Assembly: GCA_053919585.1 (NCBI GenBank)
Contig: CM132785.1
Direction: 5' to 3' (one strand)
DNA: 64,000 nt
From: Euprymna scolopes
Taxonomy: Eukaryota
In this document: piece after piece, positions 14,563 to 28,745 of the stretch
Layout of the letters: the number at the start of each line of letters is the position of its first letter
Numbering within the stretch: position 1 is the stretch's first letter
Made by a program: the position numbers and the translations under genes
Notes under the pieces: generated by a model
What the model saw: the letters and a program-made list of their open reading frames with translations, nothing else
The model's database searches: none
What the model was told of the DNA's origin: nothing

Positions 14563-17500
14563 TTAGCAATTTATAGTTATGTTAATAATTATTAAATACA
14601 AATTAAAATGATAGCCTATTATTTTTGAGAATTTGTATTCGATGCAAAATATATGTGACATTTTAAGAATGTCTAACCTCCAAAACCTCCTCCCATGTTG
14701 TTAAGTGCAATTCTGGCATCACGGAGATCAAATGCCAGTTCTGGATATTTGGCTTCCTCGGCAATATCAATCAGTTGTTCTAATTTCTTTCGGTCATTAT
14801 TCTTCACCGCTAACTGCAGTTGTCCACGCAATGTTTCCGGTGTCATATCGTCCAAAGAAATATCTATGAAAAAATTGCCATTAAATTTATTCAGTAATAT
14901 AAATAAGAAATAAAGTTTTTTTTTTCAATTGTCTATACATTGTTTGTAAGGAACTTCTATATCTTTGTTCATTAATTTTTACTATATTTTTAGACATTTA
15001 TTCAAGTGTAATATTTACTTTAGTGAATGGGAATTGTTTTTCGTAATGATATAAATGTAACACTTTATTGATTTAAGTATTTATTTGAAAAGTATGCATA
15101 CATATCTTTAAAAACATTTTCATTTTGATTTTAAATATTTTAAAGTCATGATATTTAATATTATTTTTGTTGCTGCATAAACGTTAACTTGAATTTCAAA
15201 CAAAATGGAATGTTTAGTACATGGAATGTTTCGACAATAAAAGCAGATATTTCTATTCAATAAAGGTAATTTTACATTAATGATTAAGGACACTTAAATC
15301 TACCGAAATATCGATAGATTTAGAGATGTTTCTGTGTTATTATTTATAATATCTGGTTTTTATGCTTATCTACCATTCTATATACTAAATATCCATTTTT
15401 GTTGTTTTATAGGTTACACTTTAAAAATCGTTGTATTTACAACTTATGAACATATTAAAATTCTCTAATTAAAAATATGTAATTAAATAATTATAACGAA
15501 TAGATTTATAATCAATCATTGTTATTCAAATAATAGATCGCAAAGTATAAGATTCAAACCTGTATCTCCATGTTTCTTTCGGAACAAACTGAATTTAGGA
15601 GCTTTGAAATGAAAACTTGGAAATGACCATGATCCTGATAATGGAAAGGAATTACACTTTCTAAAGTAAACAACGATAAAAATACTCGGGAAAATGAATA
15701 AACGAATGCCCAAATAATATTTATGATTCTTCTTAATAAATGGGTTTCCTGAACAACATTAAAATAATATAATAGTCATTTCTTTGTATTTAAACATCGT
15801 GTTTATTTTTTAAACAATTTATTCCTAAAACAAAGCAATTTAGAATGTGCACGCACACTTAGGAGTAAAGCTAGAAATAATTATGTATTAACATTGATAA
15901 CCAATATTATTCTTCATTCATCTTAATAAGACATAGTTTTGTTATTGTACTTACTTCTAAATCAAAATAATCATTTAATAAAATTCAAGATGTAATCTGA
16001 CGATAAAATACATATTGTTAAATATTGGAATTGATTTGAAGTTTATAATTATTTAAGGACAGTTGTGAAAAATTAATAGAAAATATATAAATAATATGGA
16101 ATTTAAAAAATGAAGGAATCCGTGGAAAGTACAGATACGTATTTGAACGAACCTTTTCCAGTGTCTCCCAAAGATTCTAGATAAAGCCTAGCCTCTTCAA
16201 CATCAGGCATAAGTTCTGCATGTCCAGAATTGATACATTCTTCTACCGCTAATTTTACAAGTTCTGGGTCATTTTTCTTTATGGCTCCCTTTAGTTTCAA
16301 GCGAAGTTTATCTATATTCAGTTTTCCTGACAAACAAAATGTACCAATATAAATTCAGAGTACTAGGTTGACACAAATATTAACAAGAGAAAAAACGTTT
16401 ACGTATAAATTTTAATCATTAAAGATGGTTAGAATTTTAGAATGTTCTTTTTATTAATCATCAAAATAAATTTCTTCATAGATTATATTTAATCACTGGA
16501 TGTGTTTAAAATAACATATTTAAAAATCATTGCATCAGTATTAATCTTAAGTGAATCTATTTTTGGAAAACAATATGTAAAAAAATTGAATGATAATCCT
16601 GTAAACATTCATTAATTTATAAATGAAAAGCTCGTTATTATTTTGTAAGAATCCATTTATAGATTATTTGTTAAAATTAAAAAGCTATTTAATTCTTCTA
16701 ATAGGTACTTTAATAATACAAAAAATGTTTAATCAGAATACTTTTTATGAGATGGCTGTATTTGATTTATAAATTTTTATTGATAATCATTATATAATTT
16801 TGCCATATGTATAATATTTACTGTTTAATAGATGTATTATAAAACATATATAAGCATATATTCGAACCTCCTTTGCCGGCATCTGGTGCATCAAAGGTGA
16901 GTTTTGCTTCTGGCATATCGACATCCACACCAGGAATACCAAATGCGATGCTTTGTTTAGCGAATGCATCTAAGGATTTCGTATCTTTAGTTTTGAGGGA
17001 CAATTCCGGTGTTGTGATTTCGGGTGTTATGGATCCTAATAAGTGAAGGTTAAATTTAATACAGATTTCGAAGCAATCGTAAATCAATACAGACAAACGG
17101 TTTTTATTACGATACTATGTGAAAATTTCAAACGTCTAAGATCATTTAATTTTTTTTCATTTGGAAAAAATGTGAATAAAGATCTACATTATAAACAATA
17201 CATTTCTTTATTTAATTATTAACATTATATTAAAATATGAAAATTTTTAAAATCAACTTTACTTTTCATTTTATGAGAATCAAATATTTTGTATGATTTT
17301 CTAACCTTCAAAATCAACTCCCAATTTTGGAAGTGCTTCACGAGCCATTTTCAGGTCGAGCTCTAGTTCTGGATATTGGGCTCTTTCGGCTTCCAGAATA
17401 AGCTTTTCTAGCATAGGTCGATCATTGTTCTTAACTGCAAAATGCAGTTGTTTACGTAGCTCTTCTGGTGACATCGTTGGTACAGATATTTCTATGAGAA

Positions 17501-20500
17501 ATGGAGTAAGATTTTCTTCTTAATTTAGAGATTTATAACATATCAACATTGTTTATTTTGCATGCAGTTTTATCCAAGTTTTGCGCTTAATTTGTTATTT
17601 TTGTGATATACAAAAGTTATTTGATTGGTAAATTTCTTGTAGGTAATAAATTTAAAAAAATAAGGAAAATCCTTGTTCCAAATAATATAAGTTATTTAAT
17701 TAATTGTTTTGTATCATTAATTTTATAATGAACCATTATGAATTAAAAAGAAAATTCTATATACAAGAACACTTTTTATCATGATTATATCAATAAGGAT
17801 AAAAGAAAACTGTTTAATTTAAATAAATTTTAGCAATCGATGATTGATCAAATTTATTTACGAATTATAAACACTAATTTCTTAGACAATAAAATAAAAC
17901 AGTAGAATTATATCAGAATGTTGACAAATATTGACGAACAATTACAATTTTCGTTTTTAAATACAATTTTTGTTATCTGGATTAAAGTAAAGAATAATCC
18001 AAACCTGCATTTCCCTGCTTCTTGCGAAACATACCGAACTTAGGAACTTTCATTTGGAATCGCGGCAATGAGAAAGATCCTAGGAATGAAAATATTATGC
18101 CGCATTTAGAGATTTTTCATAGGAAAACAGTTCTATTACGATGGAATTCTATCATTTAATGATTAATGAAAGTAGAGTTCTTACAAACTTTCTATTACAT
18201 ATAAATACATTGCGATTAATGCGTTGTATTGTAACTTGGAGGCAGTAAATAAAATGAAGTCGGATTAATATTATATAATAAAAAGAAATGTCCATTTATA
18301 TTTCCAAAGAATTTAATTATTTAATATTCGGATTAAATTCATATTGATTTTTCTACTGATACAATTCACATTTTTTTAAATACAGACAAATGTCTTTTGA
18401 TAAAAAATGTGAATAAATTTTAATTCATGTGATATAATAATTCATTAACTTTTAAATTATTTTAGTAAGACTTTTAATCAATAGTAACACACCTTTGCCA
18501 CTTTCTTCCAGATTTTCCAGGTATAATCTGGCTTCTTGAATATCAGGTATAAGTTCTGGGTGCCCAGAACTAATACAATCAGCTATCAGTTTCTCAATAA
18601 GTATTGGGTCGTTTTTCTTCATAGCACTCTTTAATTTTTGGCGGAGTTTGTCTATTTTCAATTTTCCTGATGAAAAAAGAGTATACATGAACTCTATTTC
18701 GACTAAAATAACGCAGTTTGAAGCGAGTCCGCATTATTCATAAGAAAAATATTTAGATAAATTCTACTAACATTTTATGAATAGCCATATGCCATAATTT
18801 ACTGAATTATATTTAAAATGGCATGAACTAAAGAAGGTTAAGTAGAATTATTACCGTTTAACAATTAACAACAATATTAAAGTGAAATATGATGAATATA
18901 TTAAATAATTGGAAGTTGTTTTTTTTTAAATAATTATCGTGTGTTTTATTTAATATTTTCAATACTAATTTCATGCGATATCTTCTAATTTAAAGGCAAA
19001 ATGTGACTATAGTGTTGTGTATTAGATGTATGATATGATTTCATATATGATTAAAACAAAAACAAAAGGGATATATTTTATAGATAAATTATTTATCTAG
19101 TCATTAAACGCCATTAACACAACTCTGATCAAACGGATATACAGAGAGCTTTAGGATAATCGAGTTGCTGACGTTTAATGATTGAATACACGTAAAGATA
19201 TTGCTTTTATAGTTTATCTATTGGAAATACATAAATCAACGACTCGTCTACTAACCTCCACGACCAAATCCCATGCCGTCCAGAGTATCTCTGGCCAAAC
19301 GCAGATCAAATGAAAGTTCCGGATAACCGGCTTGTTCGCATTCAATGATGGCCTTCTCCAATTCAACTTTGTTCTTATTTTGCATTGCTGCCTTTAGTTG
19401 CGCACGTAGGGCATCGGGGGTTTTCAATCCTGATTGGCGTAAGTAGTAATTAATAATATATATTAGAAATTTCAGTATTCGTAAATTAGTCTAATGAAAT
19501 TGCAGTTTTATTTATTTAAGTGATTTACATTTAAATTAGAAAGTAAATAAAACTTGAAACATAAGATGTTAAACAGTTATTATATGTTAATTGTATTTAA
19601 TGATGATTAAATACTTTGGGCTAAATATTTGAATTGAGTAATAAAAACGAATCAATTGTTTATATATTATATTATATATGTTGTGTTACAGATAGGAATA
19701 ATTACGAGATACAACTTCTGTTGAATGCCCTTATTACACGCATCTTCTTCTTAGAAGGTTATTAAATAGATAAATAAGTTTAAAGTCTGATAGCAGGGTT
19801 CTTTTTTGCTTGAGAAATGTCAGCATGTTTGAAAAGATCGATATGTAATCAAGACGTAATATTTGCATTTGAACATTGTTTCTAAAAATACAGATATTCC
19901 TTATATGAAACTATATCAAAACGAAATAAGTAAAATTGTATACAACGTATTATTTTCTCGTTCTACATCGTGAGATTTTGCAAGGGAAGATGCGTTTTAT
20001 AAGCCGTCCAAAGCCTCTACACAATTATCATTTTGAAATATTTAAACTATCCAAGATTATCATCTACGTGCAAATAAAAGACGCATTCTAACCTCCTTTG
20101 CCGCCTTCCAATTTGAATAGATTTTCCCTGGCACCGTGAATGTCAACATCTAGACCAGGAAGGCCGGCCCATATGCTTTCTTTAATGGTTGCATCAACAA
20201 GCTTCTTGTCTTTTGATTTATGTGCCCCCTTAAGGCCGTCTCGCAGATCTTCCAGTGAAAGATTTCCTGATAATTAAACGTTTATTAAAATTGAGGTGAT
20301 TACCATCTTATTCATTTATATGGATAATTTTATAGGATTTTAACACAAGAACTAATTAAAAAAGAATCATTTTTAATGGTATATGATTCGGCGTTTTACT
20401 TATAAAAGTTTAATCTTCAATTCAAAATATTTTACTACTTACTGGATAAACGAACTGAATTTGTAAGATACTGTATATTTAATATCAATATCATTTATTA

Positions 20501-20623
20501 CAATTATATGGATAAATTTACAATAATAGACAATACAGTACAAAATTGTAGATATTGTCTTTTAATGATGGTTTTAGTTATAAAATTTTAACATTCTGAT
20601 GAAATTATTTTATTAATATTTAA

Positions 20624-20701
<78 letters not shown>

Positions 20702-23700
20702 TGATGAATTGTGAACAGCCCGGGATATTATTCTGAAACACTTAAAACAAAATTCCAAAAATTGTCTAACCTCCAAATCCAGCTCCCATATCATTGAGTG
20801 CAATACGAGCATCGCGGAGGTCAAAGGCCAGTTCTGGGTATTGGGCTTCTTCGGCAATATCAATGTATTGTTCTAATTTCCGTCGGTCTTTGTTGACCAC
20901 AGCTAAGCGTATTTGGTCTCGCAAAGTTTCCGGTGTCATGTCATCGAGAGAAATATCTAAGTAAAATGACATTCGCATTAATACCATGTTTTTTTCAACG
21001 AGTTATTTTTGTTCTAAACTTAAATATTTTCAGACATTTCAGATATATTTTGTAAATGCTTATAATTATTTTCAGGACAGCATTAAAAATAATCAATGAT
21101 AAAAAATTGTTTTATTTAACATATTTTTTATATTTAAAAAGACATGTAGAATATGAATATATATGAACGTATTGATGATGATAAAGAGAGTTGGGCTGCC
21201 TGAGAAAATATTTAGGATAATATTTAGTATTCATAATCTTATCCCTTTTTAATGATGGAAAGTTACAGTTATTGTACATATTACTTTTACAATAATCACT
21301 TTATGTTTATAATGGCACAACTACACAACCACAAATGTGTGTTGCATTTTTAGTGTTATTAATGTATATCAAATAAAGTCTCGAACCTGCATCTCCATGT
21401 TTCTTACGGAAGAGACTGAATTTAGGAAGTTTCATGTGCAATTGTGGGAAAGACCATGATCCTGATGAAAAGAATTAGCACGCTTTAAAAGTGTATGTTA
21501 ACATCGAATCAGTGTTAATTTGTGTAATTATATACGTATGAGATCATTTGAATATTTAAATATATATACATTAAGAATTAAATCAATGAGAAAACTTTAT
21601 TTGAGTTAAATACTTCAAAATCTAGAGTACCTGGATATACCATTTTATAGTGATATGAGGAGAATATTATGCCAGTCTGATTAAATTTAAAGTTCAGTTT
21701 TAACACGAACAGCATAGAAAGGCTTATTAGTTAAAATATGATTGCACTAAAAATTTATTTTGTTATTTATTGTCACTCTTACGTTATAAATACGCTTTAA
21801 AAGAAAGGTTTATGCAATATACTGTTTCCAACATAGTGTGAATTCGTAAATATTTTCAATGATTAGTATATGTAGAAAATGGATTTTAAACAAACCTTTG
21901 CCACTGTCTTCGAGGGATTCCAGATGTAATCTGGCTTCCTCGATGTCAGGCAAAAGTTCAGGATGTCCAGAACTAACACATTCAGCGATCACTTTAGCAA
22001 GAAGATCTGGATCGTCTTTCTTGATGGCTTTTTTAAGTTTCAGGCGGAGTTTATCTATGCTTAATTTACCTGATAACCAAAGAAAATTAATGATGATACT
22101 AGCGAAACAAAATAATTGTGAAGATTAATAACTAAGGGATAAATATATTACAATATTTTATAAGTTGCATTAAGAAAAACGTGAAGACTGGAAACCGTTT
22201 AATCATACCTCATAACATATTAATTATTAACTTCATTAAATGAATCAATAATAATTATTTTATTAATGAAATAATAATATTACATACACTATTAAGTTAT
22301 ACTTTAAAATTATAAAACACTATAAATATGTTCAAATAATTTACAATTCAAAAATATCTTTATATTAAAAATATATATGCTTCATTATATTGTTAAAAAA
22401 AATAAGAAATCCGGCATTGCCCGAGAAAATAACCTTAAAACAGAAAGTTTGGGTGAGTTGCTTACATTTTTATTATTTTAAATACATTGAAACAAAACGA
22501 TGTTCCATTATATTGTTAAGGAGAAAGGGGGATCTAGAAACTCCTATGAATTCTTTTATTAATATTTTTAATACATTAAAACATGAGAGAGGGTTGAGAG
22601 AGGGAGTGGAGGAAAGGGGGAAGGTTGATCATCAAAGAAGTTAAAGCGAAAAGAGAGGGGGCATATATAAAGATAGAGGTAAGGATAGAGAAAGGTAGAG
22701 CGAAGGGGGTTAGAGAAAAGTAGGGAAAGATGAGTTTTAAAAGAATAATGTTTCGCAATTTGTTAACTCCTCTATTTTATTGTTCATGCTTCGGGCAACA
22801 TCGGGTAACTTGCTAGATTATTATGAGATTATAGAGAAATTATATTATATGAAATTCAATTAAAGTTCGTTTCTATTTAGAATAGAAAAAGGCAGACAAA
22901 ATTAATCATATAATTATACAAACACTAACCTCCACGACCAAAGCCCATTCCGTCTAGAGCGTCTCTGGCCAGACGGAGATCGAGAGCAAGTTCCGGATAA
23001 CCGGCTTCCTCGCATTCGATGATGGCTTTTTCCAATTGAGCTCGGTCTTTGTTTTTGATTGCTGCCTTCAGTTGGCCACGGAGAAAGTCTGGTGTTTTAA
23101 GATCTGATTAACGTAATTAATTATAAATTATCAATCTACTGTTTAACAATAATTTCTATGTACAGTTTCCTGAACATTATAATTACATGAAGAATCCGAT
23201 GAAATTTAATGAATGTTTACATATTTATACATGGTGAAAAGGTATTTATATATCTTATTGCCATCATGATGAAATAACTTTTAACGTCAATTTATATTGA
23301 TTAATTATCTTTGTTTACTATGGTTCATATGAATTACATTTACGAGCATTGAATAGTATTTAGTAATATATAAAATTAATTTTAAAATGATATGAATTGT
23401 AAACTCTTTAAATGAAATTTAAATCATGAGATTGATGTGAAAATAAAAATGTGAATCTGTCTACAGTTATATTATCACTTGTTTAGATATAATATTTTAA
23501 CTGGGCTTTGTAGGAAAAAGATTAGAGAAAGCTTATTTAAACAGTATTCTAACCTCCTTTGCCTCCTTCCAATTTGAATAAAGCAAGTCTGGACTGATGA
23601 AGATCGACATCAAGTTCAGGATGTCCGACAATTAGGCTTTCGTTTATGACAGCTTCCAAAAGTTTTTTATCCTTCGAAGTAATTGCGATCTTATGTCGGT

Positions 23701-26700
23701 CACGCAATTCATCCAGAGATAAATTACCTGAGAATCGTAATTTAATTGCATTGAATAACAAATTGACATTTTTCAAAATATATACAATATTAATTTGGTT
23801 ATTAATTTAATTATTATATAATTTGTACTAATTTTTTTTAATTCATTCACGGCAATAATTTTAACATTCAAGAATATTTTATAATATTATTTTGCTGACT
23901 TAACTGACATACGTTGACATTTTCTTCAGTTAAGAAATTAAAATTAATACTTTATAATATAAAACTTTTTATATAATTTATGTAAAAAGCAAAATTTGAA
24001 ATATCTGTTTTATATCTAACCTCCGTATCCTCCACCCAGTTTGAAGAGAGCTTTCCTGGCATCACAGAGGTCAAACGCCAGTTCTGGATATCTGGCTTCT
24101 TCTCCAATATCAATAAGTTGTTCTAATTTTCGGCGATCATTGTTCTTAATTGCTAAGTGCAGTTGTTCACGTAATAGATCCGGTGTCATGTCGTCCAGGG
24201 AGATATCTACGAAAAGTTTGGGGCAAATTGTTTTCTTTGATCTTCATAATTTAAATTAACATACAGTTGTAAAAGGGATTAATTCTTAAGGCTAATATTA
24301 TACATGTAAATAAGCATATGTATATTGTGCTTCGGAAAACGAAATAAAAAGGTAGAAAGGATCGATTAAAATAATAACAATAATTAATCGTTATAATAGA
24401 TTTAAATGTTATTAAGTTACAAAGTAATCAGAATAAATATATAGCAGAAGAAATAAATTACATATTATTTAAAGTATTTCCTTTATTTGAATAAATTCAT
24501 AATTTTGATGTAACAAAAAATCTTGTAAAATTATAACTTATATTGATTAACCCTAATGATTAAACATAATAGTTATATTTTATCCAACATTTATATTACT
24601 AATAAAATATGTTATAATCGCAAATAGAAAATTTCGCCAGGGACAAATTCTCTTAAGATATGTTGCATAATGTTAGCAAAGGGAATTTCATCGATAATTG
24701 TGCTTAATAATAAATATCAAATAAAAGTTTCTAACCTGTTTCTCCGTGTTTCTTGCGGAACAAACTGAACTTAGGAACTTTCATATGGAAACTAGGGAAT
24801 GACCACGATCCTGATAATCAAAGTTGACAATGTTTAAAATATAAGATAATATATTATTTTTGTTTTGTTCTAATTAAGTGGAAAATATATTTGTAATTTA
24901 TGTTCAGTATTTAAATATGTATACATATAATATCGATGTATAATATTTACATAAAAATAATTGTTTATATTCGTGCATATATATACATATGAATATATAT
25001 ATATGTATGAATATACATATGAATATATATATATATATACATATATATACTTTTAATGAACGGTACTCGATATAATAAAGAATATACCTTAATCAAGATT
25101 CTATTACATTACTTTCAATATGTTCAATAATAAATAGACTTTCATCAAGATAAAATATAAAGTCTCATTTAAAATTATGAAAATATACTTCTCACAGGCA
25201 AGAAACGTTACCGATTAACTTTGCCAAGAGTTTTAAAGGACTTTTTTGATGCAAACATTTATTATAGATCAATGTTTGGCTTATAATACTTTTTGAGTAC
25301 TAAACGTATTCTAAACAAACCTTTTCCACTTTCCTCCAGCGTGTCCAGATGTAATCTGGCTTCTTCAATATCGAGCTTAAGTTCCGGGTGTCCAGAACTA
25401 ACGCATTCAGCTATAACTTTAGCCAAAACATCTGGATCATCTTTCTTCATGGCCTTTTTCAGTTTCAATCGAAGTTCGTCAACACTCAGCTTTCCTAAGC
25501 AACGAAATCCACACGAAACTGTCACTAATTTATCTAATATTGAGCAGTAAGTGAAAATGACAAAATAGGAATAAACTGACGTTAATTAATCAGAGGTTAA
25601 AATTACTTTAAAATTTTAATATTCGTAGAAATCAAAATTAGGTGAAAATACATTTGCATGAATTCCCCAAATAGATGAGATAATATTTTTTTTTAAATCA
25701 AAACGGAGACTCGAAAAGTATAAAGTTAAATACATTATAGAGGCAGAATATTTAAATATTTCTTATATATTGTATGGGCACGATGTTAAAACATTCTGTT
25801 TACAGAAAGTCGTATTATGGAAAGTGAAAGTGTTTAATACAAAACGTGGCTACAATTAATTTTATACTGTCATGAAAGATTAATTAAGGGATTTTTTTTT
25901 ACGCGCAGAGACAATATGAAAACAGAAAGAGTAAAAATCATGTATAAACATAGTAGTAATATCCATTATACTGACCTCCTCGACCAAAACCCATTCCGTC
26001 TAAAGTATCTCTGGCAAGACGGAGATCGAGAGCAAGTTCCGGAAAACCGGCTTCTTCACATTCAATGATAGCTTTTTCCAATTGAGCTCGGTCTTTGTTT
26101 TTGATTGCTGCCCTCAGTTGGCCACGGTGAAAGTCCGGTGTTTTAAGATCTGATTAACGTAATTAATTAGTAATTGTTAATCTAATATTTTACACTGTTT
26201 TATCTGGAGACAGTTTTAAATATATCTGATGCTTATAAATACAGGATGAATTTAATTCACAAGAAACGTACTTAATTTAATCATGGTCGTATACATGTTG
26301 TATACAAGTTAAAATTAATAGTTAACATACTTTAATAATATTAAAAGGGACTTATGAAATATATTTGAAACATAAATTATGAAAATATATTTAATATATT
26401 TTAATTCATATTTTGATTGATATTAAAATCGCCATTTAAGTTTACATATGGTAAATACATAGCTTGATTTAATATTTTTAAATGTTAATGAAAACTGTCA
26501 TAGTATGCAAATTTTTTAAAGAAGTTTCATAAAAGTAGGAGATTTTTTAAATTGAATGTATTTTCTAACCTCCTTTGCCTCCTTCCAATTCAAATAAGGC
26601 AATTCTCGACTGATGAATATCAACATCAAGGCCAGGATGGCCTACAATGAGGCTTTCGTTTATGACTGCATCCAAAAGTTTCTTGTCTTTCGAATTTACC

Positions 26701-28687
26701 GCTATCTTATGTCGTTCACGCAATTCTTCCAGTGGGATATTACCTGAGAACCGTAATTAAATTGCATTGAATAAAAAATTATAATTTGAAAATATAGAGA
26801 ACATAAATCAGTTAATAAATTACATTCGTTTATGCAATTATTTTAACAATGAATTAATATTTTTACTGATTGAAATAATATCGGGATATTTCCTTTAGGG
26901 AATTGAACTTTTTTAATTTATTGATATAACATTTATAGAATTTATGAAAACGAAGAAAAATTGTGATATCTGTTTATATCTAACCTCCATATCCTCCACC
27001 CAATTTGAAGAGAGCTTTCCTGGCATCACAAAGATCAAACGCCAGTTCTGGATATCTGGCTTCTTCTCCGATCTCAATAAGTTGTTCTAATTTACGGCGA
27101 TCGTTGTTCTTCACGGCCAAGTGCAGTTGATCACGCAATAATTCCGGTGACATGTCGTCCAGGGAGATATCTACGGAAAATGGCAGGCAAATGATTTTCT
27201 TAGGTTTTCATATTTAAAATTACCGCATGCATTCACAATGTCTATTTCGAAAATGTATATTCTCTACTTTTAATCAGTGCTTATATTATTGATGTGTCAA
27301 GGTGAAAAATTTTACTGAAGTAAGAATATAGTTAGATACTATTAATTAAATTAGTTAACCTTATGAATTGTTGACAAAATAATATGGATTACAAAAAATA
27401 ATTTACACTATTGTTGAATATTTTTTTCTGGTGTTAAAATAAAGACGGATGGAATTAACAAATTTCTTTTAAAAAAAGAAGCTATAACATTGTTTTATCA
27501 TGTTAATTAAATATATGTACGCTTTATTAAAATGTATATTCCTAATATTAGGTGAAATATTTGATTCATCAAAAATATCACGAAAAAATAAACTTTTTAC
27601 ATGGTAGACATAAATTAATTGTTATATTTCCTATTAAAATTTGAATATTTGTCAATAACATCATCATATTGCACTAGTTTATATTAAATAAAAGTTTCGA
27701 ACCTGTTTCTCCGTGTTTCTTACGGAACAAACTGAACTTAGGAACTTTCACATGGAAATCGGGGAATGACCATGATCCTGATAAGCAAAGTTTACAAAGT
27801 TTATATGAGAGTAGTGTAAATATAAAATGTTACGTTATTTCAGTTCAAAATAAGCTTATTATCAAGTTCTAATGTTTACATAAATATTGTATTTATATAT
27901 CTATGTATATATGTTGTGTTTCTATTATAACAACGATGATAATTACAATGGAATAAGTTAGTGCGGATTTTGTTATTATTACTTTCCATATATTAAATAT
28001 GCAATACGCTTTAATTGCAACGTATTTTATCTTTTATTTAAACATAAAAAGAATACAATGAACGAAATGTATTAATTTACGAATATATATTTTGAGCACA
28101 AAGATAATATTTTTTAATAAGACGTTTTACGAATTTTAATTAGTGGAAAAATGATTTTAAACAGACCCTTTCCACTTTCTTCCAAAGTTCCCAGATGTAA
28201 TCTGGCTTCTTCGATATCGGGTTGAAGTTCCGGGTATCCGAAACCTGCACATTCGGCTATAACTTTAGCCAAAACGTCTGGATCATTTTTCTTGATAGCC
28301 TTTTTTAGTTTGAGTCGGAGTTTCTCAACATCCAGTTTTCCTAGGTAACGAAATCCACAGACGACATCGTCAGAAATATATCATATGAAAATGAATATTT
28401 CGAATAGACTAACATTGGATTTATTAGTTATTAAAGCCAAAAGGAGATGAAATAAGATAAGCAATTAAAATAACATTGATCTGATTAAAACAATATTGAG
28501 TTCGTCTATTTTTCTTGGTGATCCAAACGTATCAAGGACAGTATTAAATGAATATTTTTACTTTTAAAATATAGTCTCACCCTAAAACTGAAAGAAATAA
28601 TAAAAGAAAAACTAAATATATAGATGTATTTCTTATTACGAACCAAATGCTTGTTTTCCACTTACATATTATGCATATATGTATATA

Positions 28688-28745
<58 letters not shown>

